DNA from: Rotaria socialis | Lineage: Eukaryota | Length of the DNA: 56,658 nt | Assembly (NCBI GenBank): GCA_905331295.1 | Contig: CAJNYD010000004.1 | Span: 1 to 56,658, forward strand | Direction of reading: 5' to 3' | Part shown: piece after piece, positions 13,801-27,300 of the stretch | How positions within the stretch are numbered: position 1 is the stretch's first letter | Layout: each line of letters begins with the position of its first letter | Translations under genes and position numbers: made by a program | Notes under the pieces: generated by a model | Databases searched by the model: none | Seen by the model: only the letters and a program-made list of their open reading frames with translations | Told to the model about the DNA's origin: nothing

Positions 13801-14252
13801 AATGAATATGCAACAATTCGTACAATCATCAATTTGTACTTGACCAGTATGATCAAAAACGTAGACAGTACAATTCTATTTGATGATCAAGATTAAAGAG
13901 ATTAGTTAAAACGGTTTCGCTTGAATTACTCACTTCACAATTTTGAACTAAAGAACAAAAAAAGAAGCAACATAGAGGGATTCATTTTTATCGTTGACTC
14001 ACTTATGAATTGTTGCCCATTAACTGAGCCTGCCAATCGAAAGATTGTTTGGTCCTTTAGTTTATCGAGAATAAAATCTTCTTTTTTTATTGCTGCTCGA
14101 TCAGCTCTTTCCCTAGAAAATTAAATCAAGAGTTTGATGCATACTAACTACAGAACAATCTATCACCATGAATAAGGTTGACGTGCTGGTGGCTGCTCTA
14201 CAATATCACTACTAGCGGAAGAACCAAAGAAATACGAAAACAAGCAACCCAT
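10461..14252 (-). CDS. RP2: Protein XRP2 (ARL3 GAP, TBCC domain plus NDPK-like C-terminus), 10 exons
   Basis: Exons 14252-14167, 14112-14003, 13947-13934, 13875-13784, 13722-13550, 13491-13388, 13326-13195, 10944-10864, 10794-10599, 10543-10461. N-terminal MGCLFS dual-acylation motif, [25 protein letters not shown] (arginine finger), [12 protein letters not shown]-terminal [12 protein letters not shown]. Confidence 0.95.
10804..10831. repeat. (AT)n microsatellite in RP2 intron 8
   Basis: Perfect AT dinucleotide run. Confidence 0.9.
11023..11801 (+). mobile_element. Internally deleted hAT transposon in RP2 intron 7
   Basis: TIRs TAGAGATG(C/T)GCAGGGT; perfect 8-bp TSD ATGCAAAG (11015-22 / 11802-09); AGGGT subterminal arrays at both ends; transposase dimerisation-domain relic inside. 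Confidence 0.95.
11330..11575 (+). pseudogene. hAT transposase C-terminal dimerisation-domain remnant
   Basis: [35 protein letters not shown] matches the hATC pattern WW...YP.L..LA...L..PASS..SER.FS; in-frame stop upstream. Confidence 0.85.
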
Positions 14253-14364
14253 GTCTGACAAAGAATTTGTTGGGAGGGAAAAGAATTCTTTGCTCGTCTT
14301 CTTCCGCTTATTTATAACTTTATCAAGCTATTTATTTGTTCCATAGTTTACCAGCGCCAAATTC

Positions 14365-14439
14365 ATTGCCTAAGCAACTTATTTCAATGCAGTATGCCGT
14401 ACAGAAACAATCTACTCTTGTTTGCATTACCATGGAATT
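14365..14439. promoter_or_regulatory. RFX X-box-like sites in the RP2/SSNA1 bidirectional spacer
   Basis: ATTGCC-TA-AGCAAC (14365-78) is one mismatch from GTNRCC-N0-3-RGYAAC; a weaker ATTACC-AT-GGAATT lies at 14426-39; both flanking genes are ciliary. Confidence 0.6.
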
Positions 14440-14474
14440 GAGATGAACAGAATTTTTCAACTAAGCATTCGAAT

Positions 14475-14918
14475 ATGTCACAGCAAGGAGCGGCTCTTCA
14501 AAATTATAACAATGAATTAGTCAAATGTTCGTATTTTACAATAAATTTTCTTTTTTATTCATCAGGCTACTGTTTGATTTTTTACAGGTATTGAAGATTT
14601 ATGTGCCAAACGTGACGAATTACAACGTCAAATCTTAATCGAAGAAGAAGATAAACATAAACTTGAAAATGAAATTCGTATAGCAAGTGAAAAATTAGTT
14701 AAAATTAATGAAAACTTAGCGAAAAAAATCACTGCAAGAACAGAATTCGATCGAACAATAAGTGAAACAGAGGCAGCCTATATGAAAATTCTTGAAAGTT
14801 CACAAACACTACTTAGTGTAAGACATATTTGATGAATTTTAACTTCAAGCTATGTTTTGCTTACGTTTAGGTACTCAAACGAGAATCAACTTCACTTCGC
14901 ACTAAAGTAGATGATTAG
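14475..14918 (+). CDS. SSNA1: Microtubule nucleation factor SSNA1 (NA14/DIP13), 3 exons
   Basis: Exons 14475-14526, 14588-14817, 14871-14918: [29 protein letters not shown]...[29 protein letters not shown]; absent from the ORF track because exons are short. Confidence 0.95.
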
Positions 14919-16576
14919 ATTATCACAAAAAATTAGTTCTATGTGCCTGTAACTGAGTTTCTATGGAAGATGATATGAATGTTTTTTTTTCTTGACTTCA
15001 TGTGTATAATGAAAATACAATTAATAAACACATTTCATAAAATATGAATAAAACGGATTTCCACCGTTTAACCAATTTCAACTTGTTGCTCCGCTACCGT
15101 TTATATGAAGAATTTTTCGATTGAATACTATACAATGGTTATCATCACTTTTTTCTTTATATTCCAAGGTCAATTAAATGATTTCGTATTAGTATTTTTC
15201 ATTTGTTCAACAACGATTTTTGTACTATTGTTAATACTCATGTTATAAGGTATAAACAGTATTTTATCCATGCAGTTCTTTTTGTAATGTGCAAATAAAA
15301 CGAAAAATAATATGTATCTGTTGAATATTGAAACATACTTCGCAGCAAGAGAACATGTGAAAAAGCAAATGAAAAGGTCGATACGCTAAATATCATCTCT
15401 TGGGTTAATTACTGTTCACAATAGGAAAAAAGAACGAACAGTATTTTTATGACACATGAAAAAAAAAGAAAAACTCTACTACCGATTTTCAAAGTGATCA
15501 CTACCACGAAGTAGATCAAAAAATGTACATTTCACCAACCTAATAGAAGCACTTCTTTTATTATTTAAAACCATATAGCTACACGATGCAATTTTTAACT
15601 GAAATCATCAGTGATTTCATAAAGAATCCATTTGATAGTTTTTCTTTATGTTATATAATTACTTTCATACACATGTGAGCCCTTTGTTCGGCTATGTTTA
15701 CTAAGGAACAGTTTACCTTTTCACAATCGATAATAACCGTTTGATTACATACAAAATATTTCTTTTATTTGACAAAAGAACGTTTGTTTTTCAATCTGAT
15801 GATGCCGTTCTAAAATAGTTTGCTTCAGCAAATTAATGTGCGAAGAATGTAGAATGGCTGATAACAAGTCAGTAAGAAATATTCAGTTTTATTGTATCAA
15901 GTTATCTCATCAATCAGACAGATCAATACAGATACCAGTTTATCAAGAGCTCAATTTAAAATCTTAAGTAATAGCTCTTAGGAGAAAAAGTCAATATTTA
16001 GCGTACGTCTATTAACATACAGACAAATAGCTATTGACAACATAAGCGACAGAATAATACCAATCGAGAATGTTGTCAAACGTCACTCTGAATAAATGAA
16101 CTAATATACAATTCAAGATTTTCGATAATCATCATATTTTCTATATAATGAAATCAGTCTATTTGCGGCAATTATTTTTCTACAATAAAAATCTCTCTTA
16201 TAGTAATTTACTCAAAATAGTTGGATTCCTGTTAAAAGAAAAATATGTTCATTGATTTCGTTCTAATGTTTAGTAACTCGATTAATTTAATAGCTCCTAT
16301 TTCTTTTTCGGTTATGCATTCAGGCATCTCTGTAATTTTTCAAGAAGGAATTAACTACAACGGATTAAGGTAAATAAAAGAGAGAAGCTACAAACACACG
16401 AATTACATGGCCATAAGAAGAAAGAGAGAGAGAGAGAGAAAGACACAATATACGAGACTGCGAACAAACACATTATATGATGTACGCAAATTTAACAACT
16501 ATATAAACATGAATTACAAGAAAAAAAAGTATTAATGTGTGTATACACATTATATAATCATACATGAATATTATTA

Positions 16577-18110
16577 CTAACTACATCTAACATTCGTTTT
16601 TAATGTTTTATAAACACGTTCAAATAGTTCTTTATAATTAGTTGGTTCATAATAAGTATTTAATTGATGATCGCTTTCTAGTAGAACTTCATCGTATAAT
16701 GATAGATCATGTTCCGGTGGTGAATAAATATTTAATAATACTGATTGAGCATTTTCATTAGAATACTTATCCAATAATTTTCGATAATTATTCAATTCAT
16801 TTTGTAGAGAATCATTATCATCGCGATGTTGCCGTTCGAGATACGTGATATGATCTAATAGAGAACGTTTATCTTGTTCCGATTGACGAAGTTGATCATT
16901 TAATTTACCACATTCAGTTGTTAGTGATTTAATGCGTGATTTAAGTTTACTTAGATGTGATTGAAAAAGCGACGCAGATGAACCATCGAAGAGATTCGAA
17001 GATACGGAAGAATTTAACAATGGATTTGAATTACGCATTGAAATTAAACTAATTGAATTCGAACGTTGTCGTTTATTTGATATGCTCGTTGAGAAAGCTG
17101 GTGTTTGATAAGAGGATTTTGCTTGTTTTGAAATGAAATACGACGAAAATTGTTTTGCTCGAAATGTCGTATACTCAAGTTCAATATCAGAATATTGTTT
17201 GCGTGTTTTTTCGCATAGATCAAGTAATCTGCAAGTAATCAAATATGTAAATTTATCAAATTCAAGCAGAGAGAAACATTTCTCTATTCAATTGTCTCAT
17301 GTTCTCTTTAGTTTCTTTTTTTTAAATTTGATGCGAAGAAAAATTCCCATTACTGATATTCTTAACAATACAGCAAATTGTCATTGTTTGTATAGACGTG
17401 TCTCTATAACCTAATTCACACAATAGTCTTATTAAGGATTGATGCGTATATTTTTGTATCTATTTGCATATCAATACGATCGCTATGATAAAATATTTTT
17501 TTTCTTTCAATTCTCTCTGGTTTTAGTACACAGCATGTAATCAATCAAATCTATCTCTAAGATCTACGGATTAGTTTAAGAATTTAACCAAATTTCAAGT
17601 TAGCTAACAGCACATATTAATTATTGTAAGAGAACTTACTCTTTGATGTGTTGTTGATTCTTTTCATTATCTCGACGTTGCGATGTGAGCTCTTGTTCAA
17701 GATCAAAATTAGCTGCATCAAGGATTTCTGTTTGTTTACATTTGGTGTCAAGTTGTTCTCGAGTTGAGAGAAATTTCGCATGTAATAACTTGAATAGAAG
17801 AGAATGTATTTTATTTTGTCGATTTTATTTTTCTTACTTTCATTTCACATTGTTTATCGTCAAGTTCTTTTTGCAGAACATTAATATAATTTTGTAAATC
17901 ATGATTACGTTCAAGTAGATATCGACCAAGTTCAGCAGCTAATCGAAGATCTTTAAAGAAATTTATAATTTATTGAAGAAAAATCAATAGATATATAAAA
18001 ATCGATAAACCTTTATCATAATCGCCAGGATTTGATGTTGTAAGTGAAGATGAAGAAGGAAGAGTATTGTTAAAATCAAGTTCTGCACCATCCATTACTG
18101 ATAAGAACAT
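16577..18110 (-). CDS. CDR2/CDR2L (centrocortin)-like coiled-coil dynein adaptor, 4 coding exons, about 337 aa
   Basis: Exons 18110-18011, 17950-17838, 17788-17640, 17228-16577 in phase. CC1 box DLRLAAELGRYLLERN, SLYDEV motif, C-terminal NYKELFERVY like CDR2 EYKALFKEIF. Start may be 18095. Confidence 0.75.
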
Positions 18111-19086
18111 TACAGACGCTTGTACATGTTGATTGACCTGAAATAGGTAGTGCTTTTGTGATAATGCCATTGATGAAGCCATGTGTATGTAAACTGTTCA
18201 ATAGGTACAATCGTTTAGGCTTCAAAAAAGAATGAACACTTTGTATTCTTCTATTTCTTCTCGATAGGAATGAAGGTGGTGACTAATTAGAACGATGTAG
18301 GACAGTGACTATCGAGACATGCCCGAAGAAAAAGGGAGGAGAGTGAAAGTATTTCACGAGCAAACAATCGTATCGTCTTTATTCGTTTTCTTACCTGATT
18401 TTATATGTACAGGACTATACTGGATATAATGTGATGTGTTTTAGTTTGCTATGTCTATCAAACATATAGGCAAATATATACAGTGGTTCTCTCTCTCTCT
18501 CTCTGTTTCTCTCGACTACTTGTCATTATGTGAAAGAATATGTATGTTATTTCCATCAGAATGACAAAAATATTCATTGGTAGTAAGAGCAACGAAACGG
18601 ATGAATATTAGATACACCTTGTCGTAATCACTATCATCTCGTATTATATGTGTAAACATGGCAGGAATACAAAGGACAGAAGAAAATGAAAGATAGGCTA
18701 AACAATCCCTCCTATCTATATCGCCGTTTACTTAGAGATTATACAGATCTAACAGGCACACGCATAAACAGCTGCGCATGTGCATGTAAGGTGAATCAAA
18801 AAGGTGTATATACTCAAACATTAGGTTTCATACAGACAAAACTGATCAATATCATCTTATTTTTTTCTCACCCTCATACGTACTCTCTCTCTCACTCACT
18901 CTCCCATTTTTCTTTTTACATAATAACTTTTACTGTGATTACTAGGGCTGCTTTTTTACTAATATACTCTAGTCAATGTGTGCGTTACTTTGAATTACAA
19001 CATCATGATCAGTTGACCTCGAACATTGCATGTGATAAGACGAAGTTATATTTATTTTTATTGTAAGCCATTGCCTTCATCTCACT

Positions 19087-19122
19087 TTCTTCTTCTTCTT
19101 CTTCTTCTTCTTCTTCTTCTTC
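19087..19122. repeat. (TTC)12 microsatellite
   Basis: Perfect trinucleotide run. Confidence 0.9.
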
Positions 19123-21579
19123 GTTCTGTGCTCTTATACATTTGTAATTGATGAATTAATCGACATGGCTTTGTTATAAGATGTACTATGTCGTATACCT
19201 ACAATATTATTTATAAATTTTTTCAATGTTGACTTTTAATTTTTTTCACGTTGTTACTACGTAGATTTTATAAATAAATAAAAGTTCGTCTATGAATGAT
19301 TCAAGAAAAGCGGAAGACAACATAAATCTTATTGATAAAAGTCAACTATTGATAATTAACTTCAATGAATTAATCCAACAATCGGAACATGAAGAAAAAC
19401 ACGCGTGCTCATAACTTTAATAAAATCAGTTAATTATTCTAGGCAAATATTTTTTATGTATAGACAATGCTAGTTAAGATTCACATACCCTTGCTACTTC
19501 GCGGTTTTGAATTTGTGTGTGTGTGCGGTTAAGAGATTTGTAATACTAAGTACAAATTAGTCAAGATACGCATTTTTCTTCATAGAAAAAGAGGAAGCAA
19601 AATGTCACTTATTCTTGTTTTTAGTATAATAATCAAATAAGTATTGCATTTTTTTTGCATATTCATATATTCTTGCATCGAGAACAGAAGAGCAAATATC
19701 TATTTTTTTTACATTAAGGGATCAGAGATGAATACTAATTCGCATGACATCAGATGAGTATTTGCTCGAACGCATCTATATATTACGATGCATACAAAAT
19801 GTACCTTAAATGTATTTATATCTTATCTCAAACTGCATCTATGTTTCTTACATAGGAAACACATCGATCGAAGGCAACATGTAACGTTTCAAAAAATTTG
19901 ACAGATATATCTACTATGATCATCATGAACAAGTTTCAATGACATGCAAGCATATATATATTTATATAATTATATAGGAAATATAAATAAGCAGAAATTT
20001 CAGACTGAATAATATTTTTATGATTCATTTTTTTTTTGGGTACTTACGTTGATCTTGTGCTGTCAAAAGGATTTACTTGGTGACGATACATTATTTACTT
20101 TGTCGTCGTATACTCATGGTCATAAAAGTATAGAATTTCATGTGGGATACTAGATTGAGAATATATTACTTTAACTGTAGAAGAATTTATTTCTAGATAT
20201 AACTCATCGTGTTGCTACAGACAAATTTTCTTTAGCTATGTACAAATAATGTTCATAATGAATATTACGATGGAGAGAATGAAGGACAAAAGGTAAATTA
20301 ATCTATCGATAATCTTATTTATTTTTTTTTTGTAATAATAGAGGTATTGATGACGGTTAATCATCAAGAGAAGAGCACTTTGGTACTATTTCAATATCGA
20401 GTCAAGGTTTTTAATTATCATCTAGTGTTAATTTACCTCCACGGATTACTAAAATTTAGAATCAGGGTCATATAGACAGTTATATTATTGCTATCACGTC
20501 TCGAATGAACACTTTAAGTTCGAATAATCAAAAGGTCCACTTCAATCAATGATTTATGGCCTTTAATGTGCGTCCCACTGATTTCAATTGATCTAAACAG
20601 CAGTTATTCTGTTATAAATATTCCCTACGACTCATGAAAGTGTCCTTGAAGTTTTGTAACCAGATGAATATTTTGCTACTGCAGTTTTTGTCTTCTAAGA
20701 GAGTGAATTAATCATGAAACCTTAAACACAAAAAGTTTATGAAGACTTTATATGACATTCGATCGTTCTGATGAAAGGATAAAAAAACTACTGACAGCAT
20801 TAAAATATGTGTGAGTCATTGAATATCAGTGTTTGATACTACTATGCACTTAAATCCAATGAAATATATACCGATCACTTATAAATGCAGAATAATTAAA
20901 ACGCCATCGAAAGATAAACCACCGCAAGTTATCATATAAGCATAGCCAATGAAAAATATTTATAAGAAAATTATGATTAAGATTTACAAAACCACTGAGA
21001 AAATAATCAAATTTCATCGATTGTTAATCTACTGAATCGTGTATACCAATGTGTTGCGGATTATTAGAAGAATCTAACAAGTGAATTATGCACGAAATTC
21101 TTCTTAGCATCGAGATTGTCCACTGAAGGGCAATGGTGCAAGTGAAGCTAAAAGAATAGTTTCATTAGAACTTCGTTATCAAGCTTCAATTAACTTTTAT
21201 TTTAGAATATTTGCATCTAAAATCATTAGGTAAAATCTAAAATACATAAAAATAATTAATTAAAATTGAAAATAAATTGTCTTTTGTTTCGACAAGTCAA
21301 TGAGCATGTTTCTCTGGAAGTCGATACGATAAATTGAGATATTTAAAAATAAATTCTTCTATCGGAGTATACCATGCTGTATTCATATTTCATTTTTTTA
21401 ATTATTCCAAATTAAAACGATTCGATGAAGAAGAAAATTTGACAGCACCAATTGATGATTGCTCTCTGATATTATTCGCAAAGATGTTGCTACAAGTTTC
21501 TCGGCTAATATTCTTTCAGCACATTCACTATCAGTTAAGCCACAGCAAACAAAACATCGTTTGATAACCAAAAGCGCAA

Positions 21580-21640
21580 GGGGGAAAAGGCGGATTTAGG
21601 ATTTTCAAAATCCCAGAAATTCCAAAATCCAAAAATCTAA
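21580..21640 (+). mobile_element. Solo end of the same MITE family as 5522-5902
   Basis: GGGGGAAAAGGCGGATTTAGGATTTTCAAAATCCC closely matches the TIR at 5522/5902. Confidence 0.65.
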
Positions 21641-24214
21641 AACTTGACCCACATCGTATAGAACGGTCCGTAAAAGGCCCTATACGACTAAAATCGGCAA
21701 CCGTTACGATGGGTGTGGATGTGGGTGTGAGGGTGTATAAGTGTGTATGTGTGAGTAACGAGAAGAACTATGTTCACATCCCCGCACCGAAACGAGATTT
21801 AGGATTATACCAACTCAAAATACGGGCAGAATTCAATTAGTGTGGAAAAATTTTCATTTACACTTGTGTCAGACTGACTGTTACGTCATTAATCGATAGA
21901 ATTGACCATGCTGGGACAATAGAGTCATAAGAAAAGAGAATGTTTTTAATGATGCGGAACCCACATAATCGAGAAAAAAACATTTTTCTCTAATGGTCAA
22001 GTGTAAAAACATTTTTCCCATTGGATTTGACCAATTTTTTGCAGTAGCTTCTGCTGTTAAAAGAATACGCTCCATTGCATATTGGTACGTCTATCAATCA
22101 TTACGTTGGAAACTGTTTTTACCCTGATGACTTTATAACACAATAGATTCGTAATCGAACATGAAAATTACCACTGAATGAAAAGCTATTGGATTTTTCT
22201 GATTGAGGCTTCGTATAAGTCATGGATCATTCCCTCGTGATGAATGAAAATTATCTCGGTAGTATTCTCAATGGTTAAAAGCATATATCGGAACATTAAT
22301 AGTAATAATTGAGTACATGCAGCACACTAATACTTGTTCGGTGTAAACGTAAGGTAAAGAGGAATACTATATGGAAAGAAAGACGACATTATCATAATAC
22401 TAAAAAATCTAGAGAATGTTAAAAATATCATCAACACAATTAACCTGTCTTCATTCTATTTTATTTTAGCTGATTACCAATTTGATACCTTCTCATAAGA
22501 ATTCAGTTTGTTTGGGTATCGGAAATATTTACGATTCGATTTTCAATCGGTCTACGTTCTTTTATTTTATCAAATTTTTATTTTTCGTATGACGAACTAA
22601 TGACTACTTGTTAGAGGTGAAATTAAATTAAGACCAATAAATACAAGCAATGAATAACTGAAGTACTTGGATATTTAGCTAGTATAATTTTATAGCGAGA
22701 TGGATTTATCTGCGTAAGCTGCACAAAAGAAAACAACTGGAGAAGGAAAATATCATACTTTCAATCTTCATTCGAATGATATTATTGAAAAGCATTCTTC
22801 TTCAGCTTTTGGTACATTTCGCTGTGTTTGGAAATATATCGATCCTGTTGGATGCAGTTACAACAAATAATCTATCTATTGTTGGAAAATACGAAGCGCG
22901 TACTGGAAAAATAAAAATGAGGAGAAGAAACAGAATCAGCATTAACGACTAAATCGAAAACGTATGATTCATATAGCTAACTATCGGAGAAAGTAGCTAT
23001 CTAAAAGAAAAGAAAGACAAATATGGGTAAAATTCTTTTCCAAATCAATTTTTTCCAGAGAAATTCAGATAGCATCATTTTTAAACCTAATCAAACATTC
23101 TTTTATCAAATTTTCTGATGTATATGATATTTACATTCGAATATACACTAATAAATGAGAAATTCGGTGCGCTATTGGTGAACCATCGCTGATAATACTG
23201 ATTCGCATGACATAGAAGAGTCAGTCACTGCGATAGTAGCTATCGTATGTTCTTCACAACTGTAGTATCCTCATCAACAAGATACATAGATACTTTGAAT
23301 ACGATTACTATTAATTATGTTACAAAACCGAACATAGAAATATAGCCTACTTGAATAACTTATATGTCAATCGATCTGATAGTCTCGATTAATATTCAAG
23401 GCATTAGATAACTTTTATAACTGTATAGAAACAATAGTTGACCAGAATAATAAACTTGATAGTGGATTCTATACGTATACCTTACAGTCAGACCACGATA
23501 TCTACGCTCACCACTGTTTACTCATATTTTCGCCATTATCCTCGATGTATTGAAAGTGTTCTGCGCGTTTTCGTCGATTTTTCATAAAAATATAACAAAT
23601 TTCGAGCAGTTCATTCAACCGTTTGATAATATGCATATTCAAGAAAGAATCACACATACGAATTAAATGATCTATTGTTTTCATAGAAAAAATAGTTAAA
23701 TAGTTGATCTCTGTTTTAAACTATAGTTTATACACGATTAGACATAATAACTTTCTTTTGAATTATATATATATCTTTCGTTTAGTTTTCAAATGTTTAT
23801 GATGCATTAGAAGTAATCTAGAATCTTATTTCGATGCTCTTCGAATTTGCAGTAAGATCAAAAGAAATATATATGTTAGAGTTTATTGTGTTAAAGCACA
23901 TGTACGATGCAAGTGCATGATCTTCATATTATCTAAGTGTCACATTTATTTACGATAGTACACATGCTCGTTCGAGAATAACTCTCTAGTGGAGCGAGGG
24001 AAGTCTAGTTCATATTGTATAAAACTTCATTAATCTCTGTTCACATTGATCTAGACCATCGTAGTGTTAGTGTATTTTCCGTTCCTTGATCTTCCTCGCC
24101 GTGTAGAGAATAAAACATGTAACTTGTGCTTTGGCTGTCACAGAAACGTAGAAGCGAGTGAACTTAACAAGTATAACCAGATTGAAATATATAGTTAGCA
24201 GCCAAACAGAACTA

Positions 24215-24314
24215 NNNNNNNNNNNNNNNNNNNNNNNNNNNNNNNNNNNNNNNNNNNNNNNNNNNNNNNNNNNNNNNNNNNNNNNNNNNNNNNNNNNNNN
24301 NNNNNNNNNNNNNN
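24215..24314. other. Scaffold gap (100 N) flanked by an identical 121-bp direct duplication
   Basis: 24094-24214 equals 24315-24435. Confidence 0.95.
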
Positions 24315-27300
24315 CCTCGCCGTGTAGAGAATAAAACATGTAACTTGTGCTTTGGCTGTCACAGAAACGTAGAAGCGAGTGAACTTAACAAGTATAACCA
24401 GATTGAAATATATAGTTAGCAGCCAAACAGAACTACAATGCTAATACTCGAATGATTTTTATAGGGTTGAAGAATAATAATCCTTCATGCAATGCCCTTC
24501 AATTCCAGAATAGTCTTCAATGTGTGTTCATCACAATAATTCCAGAATCAAGATTAGCCTGACTACAATGAATGTCAGCATTAGAGATTGGATTAATTCA
24601 ACTCATTTTTCTCTCTCGAGCAGAGTCGATCTCATGTCCTGTCGAGACTAGAACGCTGCTAATAATGACTTCTCGAATTGTTCCGGAATTCTCAGAGATC
24701 TATTAAGAATTGTTCAGAACACCAGGAACCTATGTGAAGTCAATTGTAAATATAAAGTTACTATTGCGGGTGAGTAACTTTATTAGTCGATGGGTAGATC
24801 AATGTTCAGAATCTATCAAAATAAAACTTCTCTGTCATTTTTATAGGCACTGAATCTTAAGTGATTTACCTGTATCAACAACAAATTTTCCCTTGTAAAA
24901 TTGAGCATGTTAACGATTCCATTAGTATTCAGAATACATCAAATTCGAGCAGTGCATCCAAAAGCTAATCATAATATTTGCGTACGAAGAATATAAATTC
25001 GTTGTCTTCAAACGACAAGAAACCTTGACAATTATTCTAACATTTTTTGCATAATGACATCGATTTCAATAGTCCTAAAAATAAAGGTGCAACTAGTGTA
25101 CAAGTATAATGGATTAACATAGAATACTAGTAGAACTATAAATATCATATTTTTTAATTGAGAAAATGATTTTCGGAGAAAAATGTCGTTTGAAATGATC
25201 AGAAAATGAAGCAAAAAATAGTATTGATAATCTTATGAGTATCACTTCATCTCGCATCGTAGCTCTTTTCATTAAAAGGAGCGCATGGAATTCTTCATTA
25301 GTTAGACATTGTTTAATATCTGACGATGCATCTTCTAGCTTTTTAAATAAAAGTTTTCGACCCAACAAATCAGATTAAGCGAAAAGGAGAGAAAAATATC
25401 ATTGTTATTTATTCAATGAAACATTTGGCTTTTGTTTGCTTAGACAAATAATATTGTTATAAAAGAATATCAATAGAACAGCGTAGAAATTATTGCAACT
25501 AAAGTGTATTGATCATAAAAGAATCAATTGAATGTCTATACTTACTATTCTAATATTGTTTATTAACATAGTTTTGATTAAATGATACTTTTTCAAGGAC
25601 TAGTTTCTATATAATCTGATTATTTCTGTTTGTCAATAAAAATATATTCGAAAAGTTGAGTAGATAAGCATTGAAAGAGAAGTAACAATGCTTCTGCATA
25701 GCATTTTCAAACTTTTCCAGTGTTTTCACTCTGAATACTATTCGAAATTTTCTCTTTCACTTGTGCATATGTCGACAATTGATATTCGAGAATAGAGGCC
25801 TTTTAACAAAAGATAAAGTGTTAAAATGTACTTGTTACTTCAATAGAGTAAAGCTGTTCAAACGAACACTTTTTTCTACGAATACGAGACAACTGACCGG
25901 CTGAATATCTGTTATTTGTTTCAATTAGAAGAAAAAAAACTCAACGTCGTTATTGTAATTGAGTCGTACAAATATATGACACAATTGCAATTTTGTTGCG
26001 CTGTGAAATTTTGATCTTATTTATCTCATATCGGAATTACTCAGGTCGACGAAGTTATTTCAATTATAATCTTATTTACTCAGCTGCGTTTGGTTATATG
26101 TTTGAATATTAATTAATCTGATTGGTTTTACCTTGGCAGTATGAGGACACTTCATAGTTATGCATATCAGTGATAATTGCTTTGACTCACGAAAAGCTTT
26201 CAGGTCACCAAATTTTATTTATCAGCCGAGGAGCAAATATCTTTCTATTCTAATGAAATTTCTTTCTCGTTTATCTTAGTGTGACCCTTTACATTAAATA
26301 TGAACCTCTGATTTTCAGACATTGCGTTTATTGCTGAATAATATCTGATATAAAAAAATAATTTTTGATCTAGTATGCAGCATTAAACTATAGAATTCAA
26401 TAAACTATTTATTCATAAGTGTATTAAAATAATTTCGATAGATATTAGCATCGAAGCCATAAAGTTCGTCACATTTATATGACGAACTTATAGCTTCATC
26501 AATATTGTTCGGCGAAGTTGTAACTTTATCAAAAGTATTGTCGAAGTTACAACTTTGTCGGCTGATATAACTTCGATACGGCATATATATATATATATAT
26601 AACACAAAAGTGCGTAATCATATTTAAAAACAAATAAATAAGAATGATGTCATTATTGCGAATGAATTTCTCTCTCATGCTGAAATACAGTATTTTTTAG
26701 TGTAACAAATGACGCAGCAATTGTCAAGGTCAGTAATATTTTGCACTTATACATTTGTAGAGTTGCTCTTTATCGAATCTACATCAGTGGCGTCATTTTT
26801 TCATTGCTCCTCGAGGGCATCGGGTTATTATGTAAAATGTCCTGAAAATAAACTTTATTTAATGCGTCATAAAGTACATTTCTTTTTCAAAGGAGACGAA
26901 TAAAAAAATAAATTTGATAGTATTGCGTGCAAATGTAGTCATTGATTTTAAATGATATAGCATCGCCATATAGGAAACGTAAAAGATTATTCATGTATTT
27001 TAACTATTTACACATAAATGAGCCTTGTTTCGGAAAAAAATCTCGGTTGTCTTTTCAAGAGAAATAGGAAAAGATGCACACTATCAAAATTGATCCCATC
27101 TAAAAGCTTCATCGTAGAACTGAAAATATTTAAAAAAATATTTTGTTATTTATTACATTCAGAAATAGGAATCTTTCATATAGTAAGTAACTTTACATTT
27201 AGATGCAACTTAACAGCTGTAATTTTCTAACTTTGTGCTAGAATTATATCGTGACATATTTCGAGTATGATTAAAACATACTTATTAGTGAATTCTCAAA

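Noticed and set aside
18686..19066. 126-aa ORF
   Set aside because: Low-complexity UTR/promoter-like DNA upstream of the CDR2-like gene, no motifs
20200..23000. Exon-like fragments with many stops
   Set aside because: No consistent frame or recognisable family; cannot support a call
24094..24435. 121-bp direct repeat as LTR pair or tandem duplication
   Set aside because: Identical copies directly flank a 100-N gap, typical of unmerged contig overlap; a similar 122-bp overlap occurs at 30180
24066..24881. Possible solo LTR
   Set aside because: Starts with TG and has GAA..GTTC motifs, but no TSD, PBS/PPT or second copy could be confirmed
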